From the NCBI RefSeq assembly GCF_964355755.1, contig NC_092677.1, positions 1,386,101-1,450,100 of the forward strand: a DNA stretch of 64,000 bases, written 5' to 3'. Position numbers and translations under genes: made by a program. The notes beneath the pieces are model-generated. The model was not told the DNA's origin, did not search any database, and was given only the letters and a program-made list of their open reading frames with translations. This document shows, in pieces, positions 47,435-61,200 of this stretch (the first letter of the stretch is position 1; each line of letters starts with the position of its first letter). Source of the stretch: Antedon mediterranea. Lineage: Eukaryota > Animalia > Echinodermata.

Positions 47435-48910
47435 GGGTGTCACGAAAGCTAAGACCCCCTAAGACCTAAGATCACGAAAGCTAAGACCCAAGACCTAAGA
47501 TTACAAATATTTATATGTATTTATATAATTATAAGCTGAACGGAAAATGTGTTTTATTAAATGTATTTGTACTATTGCAGTCGTGTCAGTACCGTAATTG
47601 AATATTTTTTACTTTGCATGTATTTTTTATGATTTTCCAAATTACATATACACATAATAAACAATAATATTAGTTGTAGGCCTATAACTTAATTAAAACT
47701 CCAAAATTGCCTATATTAAAAGTCTGAAATCTTTATTTTTCAAGATTGGGGATAATTAATACGTACACCTTTAACGTAAAATTTCCATTACCTTACAATA
47801 TAAATATTAATTTAATAATGTTATTTTAAAAGGTATAAAAAAACATACACTGTGCATAGGAATTCCTAATTCAGACCCCCTAAGACCTAAGATCACGAAA
47901 GCTAAGACCCAACACCTAAGATTACAAATACTAAGATATACTACAGCTTAAAAACAATACTTGTTTATCCATACATAATTTTAAACACAGTAGGTTTCAT
48001 TTATTACCATAAATATAATTTAATACTACCGCAAAACATAGATAAACTCACATTATTTTCGCCCGTTGAGTAAATGTATATTTTTTTCTTTACAACAAAC
48101 AAACTTGACGGGTTGTTTGTTGGTATATATTTACTCCATTGTGTTGCTTCAGAGGATGTTTTTCTTACGCACCTGCCTTTCTTGTATTTTGACTCCAAAT
48201 TTGTTGACTAACTTTATCCTGAACACCACACTTTAAAATTAGGACTTATAAGTACTTTCAGAAGGAGAAACACATAACAAATAAATAAATCCTTTAAATT
48301 GATGATTTTACAGGCGTGTTTCTTTGTATACTGTAATGTAACTCCTCGAGCTCCCCGCTCAATGTTTTTGTTTCTATGGAGCGCCAAAAGAGCAACAATA
48401 ATAGTACAAGTATAAAAACAGAAAGAAAACGAAACAAAAAAACTTTTAAGTTAAAATTTATTTGCCAGTATTTATTTCTTCGTACTTGCATGATTATACT
48501 ATTATCATTACAATTTTAATTTTACATTGTTCCATCCACACTGTAGATGGACTCCACAGAGTTTTCAGCCCTCTATATAATTTTTGCTCTTTTGACGTTC
48601 CATAGAAACAAAAACATTGAACATGGCCCATGGGGTAGGCCTACTGTACTGTGTGTAGGCTAGTCATTTTGTGTGCGAGAAAAACGTCTGTAAAATCATC
48701 AATTTAAAAATGTATTTGTTACTTTTTATGTGATTCTTTTTCATGAAAGTGCCAATTCTAAGGTGTGGTATTCAGAATAAATGTTGGGAGTTAAAATACA
48801 AGGCAGGTGCGAAAGATAAATATTTGTAATCTTAGGTGTTGGGTCTTAGCTTTCGTGATCTTAGGTCTTAGGGGGTCTGAGCTTTCGTGGTCTGAGCTTT
48901 CGTGACACCC
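47435..48910. mobile_element. MULE/foldback-like element(s) with GGGTGTCACGAAAGCTAAGACC termini
   Basis: Left ends at 47435 and ~47869, right end at 48910. The 9-bp GAATTCCTA flanks 47869-48910. Shares its internal inverted block with 44869-47010. Confidence 0.7.
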
Positions 48911-49574
48911 GAATTCCTACTGTACATAATCATTTTAAATTTAAAAGTAATACCTTGCATAGGCTTACACAAGCTTGGCTAGGCTAGCCATGGGCTAGCT
49001 ACAATACCATAAACGATAAGAAAAGAGCCTCTCGTTCGTGACAAAAGGTCGTTCAACCATGGAGGTATTTTATACCTCCATGGTTCAACTTCAAAAAATA
49101 ATATCTGATACGACCTCTACTATGGGTGTGTAGAAAGCGACGACCTCGAATTGGACGACCCCAACGACCCGGGCGACCTCGAATTGAACGACCTCGAATT
49201 GAACGACCCATAACACGAAACCGACGACCCCTATAGCCTAGCCTAGCCTAGGCCTAAGTGTGGTATAACATCCCAAAGCCGAACATAGCCAAAGATCTTT
49301 AAACTATACCTTATTTTATAATACTCGCAAGCAAGCAATTGATTGAAAAAATACAGAAATATCGCCATTTGATACTGATTGTGTCGACACGAACAAACGA
49401 AAAGATATGGAACGCCAAGAGTGCATCATTAAAACTGCATTCGACATATTAAAAATAAATTAAAAAGAAATAAATATTATACAATACATGGTTAAACCAT
49501 GGACGTATAATTACATCTCGTCTTCTTATAACGAACACTATAGGCCTACCAAGCAGAGTAACATGTGCATGGGG

Positions 49575-50368
49575 GGATATGACCGGTTGGGCCGCCGACA
49601 AGTTGAGCCGCCGGTATTTCTATGTAACGGCCAGTGCGTCTTTTACGACATTTCGCGTAGTGATAGAGTGGTGTCCTAGTAGGCCCTACATAAGTTCATG
49701 GTCTTTAGATTTATTGTGTCATGAAAATAAATAATAATTACATACTACAATTTTGTTGGTTTGAAACAGCAAAGGAAAGTAGTCATATTTAATAATTTAA
49801 TTGTTTTTAATCTTTCAAGGTAAAAATGCAGTGCACTCCATAATATTTTTCTCGCGTGTATGCCTACCACGTAAAATCACGTTGTCTCTCAGGACTAATA
49901 GAGTATTGATATTCTTCGAATGAGGTTAAATAATTATTATTTTTTATTTACTATCTTTTAATATCATATTTTATTGAATTTTACAATGTTAATACACAAA
50001 ATATTTTACTAAAAAACGGTGATTTTATGCAATTATTTTACTTCAACTGCCGCCTGAGGGGGCAACATGTTTACGTCATTTTTGGCTAAAAACGATCATT
50101 TTCGGTCATGTTTTAGGCCTTATATTTTGGAATCTACAAGTCAGATATTCATAATTGTTTCTTTTTAATTATAATATTTAATAATATATACTAAAAACCG
50201 TGATATATAAACTTTGGAATATACATCGTTATATCTAATAATTAATATAAATAGAACTTCTATTAAATAGAAACGAGCACCGGCGAAAGTAAGCATTTGG
50301 CGTTTCATAGAAAATAACGTTTTTCTGGCGGCGCCTCAACTTGTCGGCGGCTCAACTTGGCCTAATCC
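49575..50368. mobile_element. MITE with 9-bp TSD (MULE-like)
   Basis: TIR core GTTGGGCCGCCGACAAGTTGAG / CTCAACTTGTCGGCGGCTCAAC; TSD TGCATGGGG. Confidence 0.75.
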
Positions 50369-52603
50369 TGCATGGGGAGGGCCATAAGAAAGCTTTACAT
50401 TTCACACATGCACAGTATACGGTCAAACCATGGAGGTATAACAATATTTTTATACCTCCATGGTCAAACCATGGAGCTGGTAAAACCATGGAGTACCTCC
50501 ATGGTCAAACCTTACCTGCCGCTGAAAAGGGGCCTGGTTTGACCTAAATATCTTCAATATGCTATTGGGTTCTTAATGTAATTACTAAGTAGGCCTAGTA
50601 TTTATTAATTAATGTCATCAAAACTCGTATTAGTGTAGATTCATTTTACTATTATGAGAGCCTGTGTGAAAGTATTAGCAAAGAATTCTTTGGTATTAGC
50701 TCGCGGTTTGTAAATGTTGTATTATGTTGTCACGCATCAGTGAGCTGACTTTACCGAATACCGAAGAGAGTCGATTGAGTCCGAAACGAACCGATGGAGG
50801 AACTCTCGTACGGAAAAAAAAATCGCACCCAGACAGCTGATAACGATTATATTCGATTGTCCAGACGTCTCTGCTACTGGTGCTCAATACTACAGTATGT
50901 ATTACTATGGACCTATAGGTCCATGGTATTACTGTACATATAGTACTTTGTTTAGTTTTTGCTTTCTTTATGGCAAAATAAATATTTAATTTTTATTATT
51001 GCTTATTTTGCTTTAACTTTATCCAAGAAGAAGTAAATATTATTGTATATATGCATATTACAGTCAAGTTGCAACTGCCACGAATCCACTCCATTTCTCC
51101 ATTAAATAATTTTATTTACAAAAAAGTATTTTACATACAGTATAACATGTAATATCTTATTTACATCGAAGTAAAATATGCCTATCAAACTATCTTGCTC
51201 AGGCTAAAATATCAAGTTATATATGTCAATATTTGAGTTAAATCATCGCGATAATAACAATTTTTATTTTTTTTTTTATTTTTAAAGACATCTGTTACAT
51301 ACATCAATTTACAAATATCAAAATAGGATTGTTTTTGCAGCACAAGATGAATCACAAGTCGGATAGTTTATTCTTAGAAACCTGAAAGAAAAAAAAAAAC
51401 ACCAATAATGAGCTATTCATAGTTAAATAATTTTAATGTCAACTTTAGTCATCCTAAATTTTGTCGCCATGATCACTACTATACACAATACTGTATATAA
51501 AATATCATATGTACGACCATCCAAATTACCTCATCCTACCTACAGTCCTTCCTAGCCTAGGCTACATTATTGTCATATATTTACAAACCTCCAACAGCCA
51601 CAACGTATTTTCTTTTCTTTGGCAAAGAATTTCCCGTAATATAGTCCTAAATTAATTAAATAAAAAGGTCTAGGCCTAGGCCTTTCTTTAAATATCCGAC
51701 GATATATATTATATCCATAATCCAGTGGATATAGATTCAACATTTTAAACATAATAATAATATGGCTTCACATTGATTATAAGTCGGCGATATGCCACTA
51801 AAAACTAGCCTGCGGCCCTCTCTATCCGCCTACAAATAGCACTGGGTTTCCGTCAAATGGGCTAGGCCTAGCCTAGGCCTAGATAATACTACAAGTTGGG
51901 TACATTTTTTTACAACCAAATAATCTACAATTATATTGCAATATTTACCAAACTAGCACCAAATCCAAAATAAAAAAGCTACTAATAACATATTTTGGTA
52001 TATTAACTGGTTTAAAAACGGATTGCACATAGTGATTTTGAAGGATTGAAATTACTCAACCACACGGCCTGTACTAAACATACGAATCCAAGATGGAGTC
52101 TGCTTAGAATATATCCCCAGCTTTGAACGGATATTGAATCCGTCCCACAAGCTGAACCAAGCTTAAACTTTCAGAAAAGATAGATTAATAACCTAATAAC
52201 CAACCACTAAGTTTTTATAAAGGTTCCGTGCTGATGAGAAAAGTGCCGGATTCCCTACGAAACCAAACAAATAAATCATGTAGCCTACCTCAACGAACAC
52301 CTCCATCTGCACTTTTTTCTTCAATAAGCTCTGTCGTTCTTTCCTGGGCTATTTATACCAAAATTTTGTGGCGGGAATAATCTTCCATATTAGGAGTAAC
52401 AATTTCCAAATATAGAAAGATATAATTTAACCCGGATGGTGGAAATTGCAGCAGATTTGTAAGGGTATTCCCATGCAAAATGCTTGCCGCGAAGTGAAAA
52501 GCGAACCGGAAGTCACTATAACTTGGCGATGCTCAGTGACCTGCGCAGTTAAAAAACAGCGTTTTAACGGTTAAATGAGCACTTTGCTGCTCGACTGTTC
52601 ATA

Positions 52604-53358
52604 GGTCGTGTTTATACAACACCCTAAATTTGAACACGGCTTTAATTTTTAGCGTGTTGTTCGGACCGAGGTCAACCCTCCTTAACGTTTGCTGTTATAC
52701 TAGAAATCACGATACCGTGTTATACCGGAAGTTTCATCAACACGCAGTGCATGCTAGGATAAAAGGTCAAATCGTTGATCGCGCTTGAATTGGCTGAGTT
52801 GTCAACAATCATCGTCGCCTCCTCGCTGTCCGATGTATTCGCGCGGTTTTTACCATTTTCATTATATTGTATTCGTTCACGTTTGCATTGTTGTTTATTT
52901 TGTTCTCGGTTCATTTAAATTAATAAAAGTTATTTTAAGGGTTTCATTGTTTCATCTATACACTATGGAAGAAGATGCCATTTTTGCGATGTTATTTTTT
53001 TTATTCTGTTTGGAGTGGGAAACGATAGAGGCCTACTACCACTACGAGTTGGCCCCACTAGGCTAGGCGTAAAGACGTGGTAGGAGGATGATTGCTGGCA
53101 GCGAAGCAGCAATAAATGGGCCCAATCTTGTTAGCAATGATTGATATTACGACCTGTTTTAACGAGAGGTCAAAATATACCCTGAGGACACTTCCAACAC
53201 GGTAACGGCGACCGGGAATCCACCAAATTTTAGGATTCAGCCAAGTAGCCTTTTTTGCAATTAAAATCTCATTACACGGAATCTCTTTGTTGTTATACAA
53301 CACACTTTTCGTAGGCGTGTAGAATATGCGTGTAATAGCGTGTTGTATAAACGCGCCC
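52604..53358. mobile_element. MITE with 3-bp TSD (Harbinger-like)
   Basis: TIR GGTCGTGTTTATACAACAC / GTGTTGTATAAACGCGCCC, flanked by ATA. Confidence 0.6.
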
Positions 53359-53739
53359 ATAGAATCAGTCAGACGTAACCACTGTAACATAGTACGTTAG
53401 GAACGAGATACTATGTTAATAGGTGTGTGTTTGTGTGCTTTGTTTAGGCGTTCTTTGTCATCATGCCAAAACAAGAATGCATCCAGTGCAGGGGCCCACG
53501 ATCAACAGTTAAGTGGGACCGCTACATGCGGTGCGTTAGCTGCCGTACGTGCAGCCAGTCAGATCCGTGAGACGTTTGCGTACGCTGGACGCCTGCTAAG
53601 TTTGCATCACTTCCACGTCCCGCGGGACGTGCTATTGAGAAAGCAGTTGATATCGCACTCAGGAGGAAGGCGCAACTGCAATGGACGTTCCGGCTGAGAA
53701 CGTACCACGCGATGAGGTGCCTGTGTACTCGCAACTCCA

Positions 53740-53995
53740 AAATGTGAATGCTGCAATTTGTTTTGCATTAACAAAACAAAATATACACAAGTACCTAGCT
53801 CCATAATTTATCATACGGTATATAGGAAAATGTGATGCAAAGATGAAAACCTTACACATATACTTGAAACACGAAAAAAAAAAGATAATCTCTTAACACT
53901 ATTTTATTCAAAATGTTATTTTTGTTTGTTGGCAATAAAACGTGCTTGTATTAGACCAACGTTAGTTACTTTGAATTTAATGCTTGAATGCATTA
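53740..53995 (+). repeat. Isolated fragment of the Ig-receptor 3' UTR/downstream repeat unit
   Basis: AAATGTGAATGCTGCAATTTG..AAAGATGAAAACC..TTAGACCAAC..GAATGCATTA matches ~35335-35580. Confidence 0.8.
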
Positions 53996-54537
53996 AACAC
54001 GATTTTGTGCCATAACGGATTTCTACAATCCGCATTATTTATAGAATTTTCCTAAAAAAAAGCTATCATTAGAATTAAAAATATTATTTGAAAAAACAGA
54101 TGTGGTTGTAAGATTTGTTTAATTATTGAGAAAGCATAGAGTTTGATAATGTCAGCCATAATGTACATTATGGTAAATATTTTAGAGATAGAAAAAGATC
54201 AATAAAATAGATCGACAATATGCAAATCCTTGTTTATTCTATAAATTTATAATTTTATATAGTATAAATAAATATACTGTCCGTTTTCCAAAACAACAAT
54301 AGACATTACACAATGAGTTTTGTTCGGATTATGAGCTTCTTATTTAAACTAGGTTTAATGTGCAGAAACTGCTTTATTTAATAAAAAAAATAAATGGTAT
54401 GGGCCAAAAAAATCTTTATAATGTCCATTTTTTTCGCGAAGTACACACAAAGCAAAGAAAACAAATTTTAATAACTGCAGAATATTTTTAATTTTTAATC
54501 ATTCATTTCTTTAATACAACTTTACTATAAAGTTCAT

Positions 54538-55088
54538 CTACATGGTCATACACATTATGACTACAGTATATGGTTGAGCTATTGTTATAAAAACTACATG
54601 GTCATAAACTTGACTACAGTATATGGTTGAGCTACTGTTATAAAAACTACACGGTCATAAACATTATGACTACAGTATATGGTTGAGCTATTGTTATATA
54701 AACTACATGGTCATAAACTTTATGACTACAGTATATGGTTGAGCTATTGTTATATAAACTACATGGTCATAAACTTTATGACTACAGTATATGGTTGAGC
54801 TATTGTTATACAAACTACATGGTCATAAACTTTATGACTACAGTATATGGTTGAGCTATTGTTATATAAACTACATGGTCATAAACTTTATGACTACAGT
54901 ATATGGTTGAGCTATTGTTATATAAACTACATGGTCATAAACTTTATGACTACAGTATATTGTTGAGCTACTGTTATACAAACTAGATGGTCATAAACTT
55001 TATGACTACAGTATATGGTTGAGCTATTGTTATATAAACTACATGGTCATAAACTTGACTACAGTATATGGTTGAGCTACTGTTATAT
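54538..55088 (+). repeat. 56-bp minisatellite, about 10 copies
   Basis: Unit ACTACATGGTCATAAACTTTATGACTACAGTATATGGTTGAGCTATTGTTATATAA (e.g. starting 54702 and 54758); no unique spacers. Confidence 0.95.
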
Positions 55089-55202
55089 ACAATTATGAAA
55101 TTGGTTGAAAATTAAATAATTTTTTTTAGATTCATTATACATGTAAAATTCCATTAATGTGCACCCTATTGTGACAACCAGTGAGTTGTAAAACTCCCTG
55201 CA

Positions 55203-58200
55203 TTAACTTTCATTTAAAAAGTCATCTCTTAATTCTTTTAATTTAACAATAACATTGGTAGGCAATCTACTAGTTGGTGTTAAATTAAATATACTTATCA
55301 CCTCCTCCTTCGATATTATTTCTCGCCATTCTTGTCCATCTTTTTCACACAGAACAAACCGGGAAGTATACGTTCCAGTGTACCACACTACTTCTACCTC
55401 ATTGTTATTTATGCTGAATATTTTGCCTATCTGAGGCCATTCTGTGGGATATCTCCTTAAAGCTGTTGCTACCATAGCACCAACATCGAGTTGCTGTGGT
55501 GGCTTACGCTTCGAAAATTTACCAATGTGTACCTAGTAGTGTGGGAGAAAGCATAGAAAAGTCATAATCATTTTTCTTACAACCCTAAAAATATAGAATT
55601 TTCGTTGATGCATTTGCTTGATGCGATTATGAGATCATATCCCAAATATAAGCACTGCTTTAAACTATGTTGCATTACATGTTTCAAAGATGTAATTTTG
55701 AAAATCTATAATATCTATCATACCGGTCTTATTTCATTTTCATTATCCGAGTCACTAATGTCTGTCTCGTTTCCATCAGATTCCTCCCTCATAGGGCTTG
55801 CATTGTTGTCATTAAAAATGATGTCATGGAGCAAAAATCGCTGTTCATTTCCTAAAAAAAAAGAGTACGTATTAGTTTTAAAAAGTAAATAATATACATT
55901 CATACAAAATATCAAGATATATTTATGCTGAGGTGTTTGTTGCATAAAAGCTGGGCCAATACATTGCGCACCATGCTAATCAGATGCTGATTGATTGATT
56001 TTATCTAATGAATTAATCAGGAGGCATGTTTCTCCAGTGTACTCCACTAGATATCGTTCATGTTATTTGATAATTTTAGGTTCTCACATAAAATGATCAG
56101 TGGAAGCATGCATTGGTGAATGTGACCCAACATGGTTGTGTGGAGTAAATAGTTGAATTTTGTTATAGCTGCTGAATCTATACTAAAATCAAAATTCTCT
56201 TGTTAAAATGGTGAAACATCACACATGCAATGTAGTACAGTACATACCTTCTGTGATCTCTTCTATATTATTTAAAAATTCCTCCCACCAGTCACGTTCT
56301 TCTATTCGCAAAAAATTTGCAACAGACGCCAGACTTTTTTTTAACTTTGGTATATCTGCATTACTAAAGTCAGGAGTACACAACACTGGTATATCAGCAG
56401 GGCTTTCCTTGAGCAAATATGGAAGTGTGTCCATTTCTCTTGCACATTCACACCAAGTACAATCCGTTGACCAGTTCTTATAGGACATGATGCATTTTCC
56501 GGTTTGAGCCAAAACAAACTTAAACTGGTGTGGTTTGCTGTGGTAACGTATGTCTTGCATGTATGGTACTAACCAGTTCTTAATGTCATGCAGATAGGAA
56601 ATGATACTTGATGTAATCGGCAACTTTTTGTACGAGTTTTCAACAGCACTTCGACGATGATCAAGTGTAGATGCTCTATATTTGTTCAGGTATTTGGCCA
56701 CACATGAAAATAATTGGTCAATATCCTCGTGAGTGTGACCCACCATTAAAAACCCAATCTTTATCTGAAAGAGTAAAAGAAGTAATGATTTAAAATTAAA
56801 ACTTTTCAAAGCAAAATAAAAAAAATACATTTTTAGTATATTTCCATTTTTTCCTCATCTAGTTAGACTAGAATGTTATTGAATATTTTATGTCTTAATA
56901 GATAATTACCAATAGTAAATTAATTACTGTCCTATTAGGCTGGTGGAAATCACCCAACACAGGGGATATTTTGTGGTGAACGAGAACAGGGTAAATGAAT
57001 GATGAACTGGGTTCTTTAAAGTGCACTGTGTATACTGTTTTATTATTTATATATCATTTATAAATGTATAGTCATTTACCTTTCGAAAAATCTTTAACTC
57101 TACAAGAAGAGCACATAGGGCAAAAACAAATCTGTTTTTATTATCCTTTCCGCTATTGTCCAACTGCAGATATAAGACTGGTGGTAGAGGTTGTATCTCT
57201 GACAGCACCGTCAGTATAATGTTGCAGGTTAGGTTTGAGTCATGTGGAAACTGCTTTAGGTCAATGAAGCAGTGCCCATGTCGCCCATGTACCAGAACAC
57301 CAGTTACATGTGTGGCTAGTTTCCACATCTTCGACGTTTCTTTTGATTCGCAAGCAAAAGATGGTAAATCAGTCTTGCTTTGGTCCATTCCATCGATAAT
57401 TATTGACAAATACTTGTTGGGATTCTGTCTTGCTTTCTGCATATGTTTATAGTACTTTCGACGTTCAATACTGAAAAATTAAAATCATATGTTTATAGTT
57501 TTATTTTGCATTTAATAATAAATTTTTGTTTTGTTTAGTTATATGTTATCTATTAGCCGATGACAAGATGAGACAATGCATTACTTCTAATCTATTAAAA
57601 TTATTGATTAAATGTAGAGGTTTTTTGTATAATAATGATTTTGTTTATCTTTTCTCTTTTTTTGTTTACAACCACTTTTATTCATTCATTGTTCATACAC
57701 AATAATTATTTTCATTTTCTACCATTTTTCCCCGTTATTTTCTGTTTTATTTCAATCACTCTTAATTTTATTAAGTTAGAATTATTTTTAAAAACACTAA
57801 TAATACTATAGAGGAGGTATACAGTGGAAGCAATAATTATTTTTCCTATCTATGGTAATACCGGGTATACAAGTTGAACAGAATTTCTTGTTGAAAGGTT
57901 TAAACTACTGGTTTTGTACACAAAATAGGTAGGCATACTTACTTTTGTTTTCGTAAATGCTTCTCTCTCTTCATCATTAGTATTTGCCGTTTTTGCTTTT
58001 GATTTGTCTTGTGCAGCTCAAATTTAATTCTGGTGCATTTGCTGCATTTTGCAAAACGATTTTCCTATTAAAAAAAATTGAAAAAATACAGCACGTAAAA
58101 ATATAAAATTAAACAAAATTTGCATTCAATATAGTGAATGTAGAGAAGGAGTTGTGAGGCCCATCATACATGCATCTGGATTGTACGGTATGTTTTTCCA

Positions 58201-61200
58201 GTATTTTATTATGAATGAAAATTGAACCTACAGGACTTTCTGCATAACATTGAAGTGAATTTATAAAAATACGTTAACAAATACTTCAGTCAATGAAGAT
58301 GACATGGATTTTGTCCATTGGTACAAACCATAATAAGTGTAAACACGTAAACATACCTCAGGTATTACAATATGCTTGAATTCAACACACCAAAACTTGT
58401 AGAATGTCGCTAATGCACACACATCTTCATTTCTTAGCTCAAATTCATCTTTCATATGCATGTACACATCATGTTTGGTAAGCGTTGATGGTAGATGGAT
58501 TTGTCCATTAGTTGGCATTTGATCACCGTATTCATTACAAAATTTAATAAACCAAGCCCGACACTGTTGAGTTGAATTGCTATATACCATCTTTCTGGTG
58601 AAGTTGGGTGGTAAAAGATAACACCATCCTTCTGAAAAGAAATAAAATGTAAATTTCAAATATTAGGAATTTCAAATACTGTACTATTTTATTATTGTTT
58701 GGTTTAATCCATTGATTAATGACTTATGATCATTTTGCATTATCTTTCTAACATAGTGTTAAGCATATTAATTTTATTGTGTAAAAATAATTAAACAATA
58801 ATCAAATGCATTCTATTCATTTAAAAAAAAGTTATTCTCCACTCCTCGTCAGATCCTGCCTATGTCCCTGTATAATACGACTATAAGTATAATGGAAAGT
58901 AATCTTCACACAGTCACAGTAATCTTTCCGTTTCAGCAACATTAAAACACATACATTAAAAGTAATATTAACAGCATGTAAAATTAAATAATGTAAAATG
59001 TACTGTAAAACTAAACAATTAATTACCAATAGCTTGCTTCCTTATTTTGTAAAAAGTTGACCGGCCAATACCATTTACTAACATCCATGCTTTTGCACAA
59101 ACTTTGTTAGCACCAACTAGTAGACAGATTTTGGTGGCACCTCCGGATGTGCTGAGATGTTCATTGAAATATTTAAGGATCCAACAGCGTTGTTCATATT
59201 CGGTCATTGCTTGAAATGCTTCCCTTGTCTGTTTTATTTCTCTAAAATTTAGCATACCAATGCACATTAATGCACAACAGCAGGTCAAATACAAGTTGTG
59301 TATTGGCTGTAGGTGATTCCTTTTCCTTTTTTCTACAGAAAGAATAAACTTACATTATCCATTGGCAAAAAAAACAAACAAACAAAATAACAATTATATG
59401 GTACCAATTGCGGAAAATGTGATCAGTCAATACGGTTTCAGAAGTTTTGGAGGTTACGTAAAACTAGGTGACTAATTCGCATTAATATATAGATACTTTT
59501 AATTCTTTGACAAACAATTTTTTTTTCGGTTCAGATAATTCAATTTCAATTTCCGAGTGTTCAATTACAGGTTGTGCAGGTGCCTTGTTCATTGGACAGT
59601 CCTACCTATTTGAGTCAAAATATGCTAAGGTGTTACATAAAATGCCATTTTAATTTGTATTTATAAAAAATATTATATACTATACACTAATATGTGTAGG
59701 GAATTAATAGATAGTTTAACATGCAACGGTATAACTTACACAGTTTCATTTCACTTCACCCACTATTTTTTTTTTAAATTTCAAATTTGTTGTGATAATG
59801 GCCTATTCTCACACCATGAATTTGTAACATTTTGAGTGTCACTTCATAATCCAATTTATATTTGATAATTGTGAAGTATAATAAAAAATATTGATTGGGA
59901 TATTGGAAGTACATGTATAAACAATAAATAAAATCAATATATTGACACCACAATATTTTATTTTTGTATAATAAATTAATATCTTTGCTTGTGCTGACGT
60001 GCGTTACTGTGTCCGTCAACAATCAAGTTTGACTAGGCCTAGGCTGGGTTAGGCCTAGAACAACGGCAATACGAAAACCAAAATGTTAAACAATTCAAGG
60101 ATATGTTTACTCTATATAATGCATCAGATTTTAAATGTTATGTAATTTAATTGTATATAAATCCCGATTTAAAAAAAATGTCACCATTGTCTGTCAAAAA
60201 CTAACGCACGCAATGTTTTCCTGTCATTACCGCCGAGAATGAGCAAACAGACGATACTACATGGCAGCCTACAAATACAGCTCCCGCGATGGCTTCCCGC
60301 TGCAAAAATTCTTCACAGAATGTAAACTTGCGTCGCTAAACAACGAAAACTAGTATCTGTCAAAAATATAACGCACGCAAGATATAACGCACGTAAGTAC
60401 TTAACATTATTAGAAATCATAAATAAATACATTTAGAACATAAATACATAGTTTAGGCTTTATATATTTAATTCTAATGGTATTTTAGGCCTAATAATTA
60501 CCTCGGTACGGCTATTAGGGCGAACTGTCTCAAGCGACAGCGATAGGCACACGCCTAGGCTAATTTGCTCAGTGTTTTGACTGACCTTTCTAAATCGTGC
60601 GTTATATTTGACAGATATTTCAATCGCTGGTATTCCGTCTCCGGAGGAGCGCTGGCGAACACGTGCGTTATATTTGACGGACGGCGGCCGTGTATATAAG
60701 GATTTGGCAGATCGTGTATTTCATTTCAATTACAAATAGCGTATTTTAATAGCTTTTATACTTCATAAAAAAAAATATTTAATGGAATTAAACAATTTAG
60801 TTTCATTTTGTGTGTTGATGATTAGCATGGTAAAATAATTTTGAAGTATAACATTTATTCCAATATAATTATAAATAAATAGATACTATAAATATTAATA
60901 CCTATAATAAAAATATAGTTAAGTAACTAACAGGCTATTTAATTAGTATTAACTCAATAATAATTAAGTATACTAAATTAAAACAAATAGAAATAAAACA
61001 AATTAAAATATAAAAGAATAAATCAAATGTAGGCCTACTAACATAAATAAAAATATTTAAAGAAATATTAAATAAATAAAACATATAGATTTACTAATAT
61101 AATAAATAAAAATATTAATAAAATAAATACAAAATTAATATTTTTTTCTGTACTTGCTGTATTTTCAGAATGGTTTTAAAAATAAAAGTAAAAATGGAAG

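Larger units (their letters stand above)
44475..50827. repeat. ~100-bp inverted repeat pair (44475-44570 vs 50727-50827) enclosing nested elements
   Basis: GCGATTTTTTTTTCCGTACGAGAGTTCCTCCATCGGTTCGTTTCGGACTCAATCGACTCT.. recurs reverse-complemented; a degenerate copy lies at ~42364-42420. Confidence 0.75.

Noticed and set aside
54538-55088. CRISPR-like appearance of the regular repeat
   Set aside because: No unique spacers, no cas genes and a eukaryotic context; it is a minisatellite.
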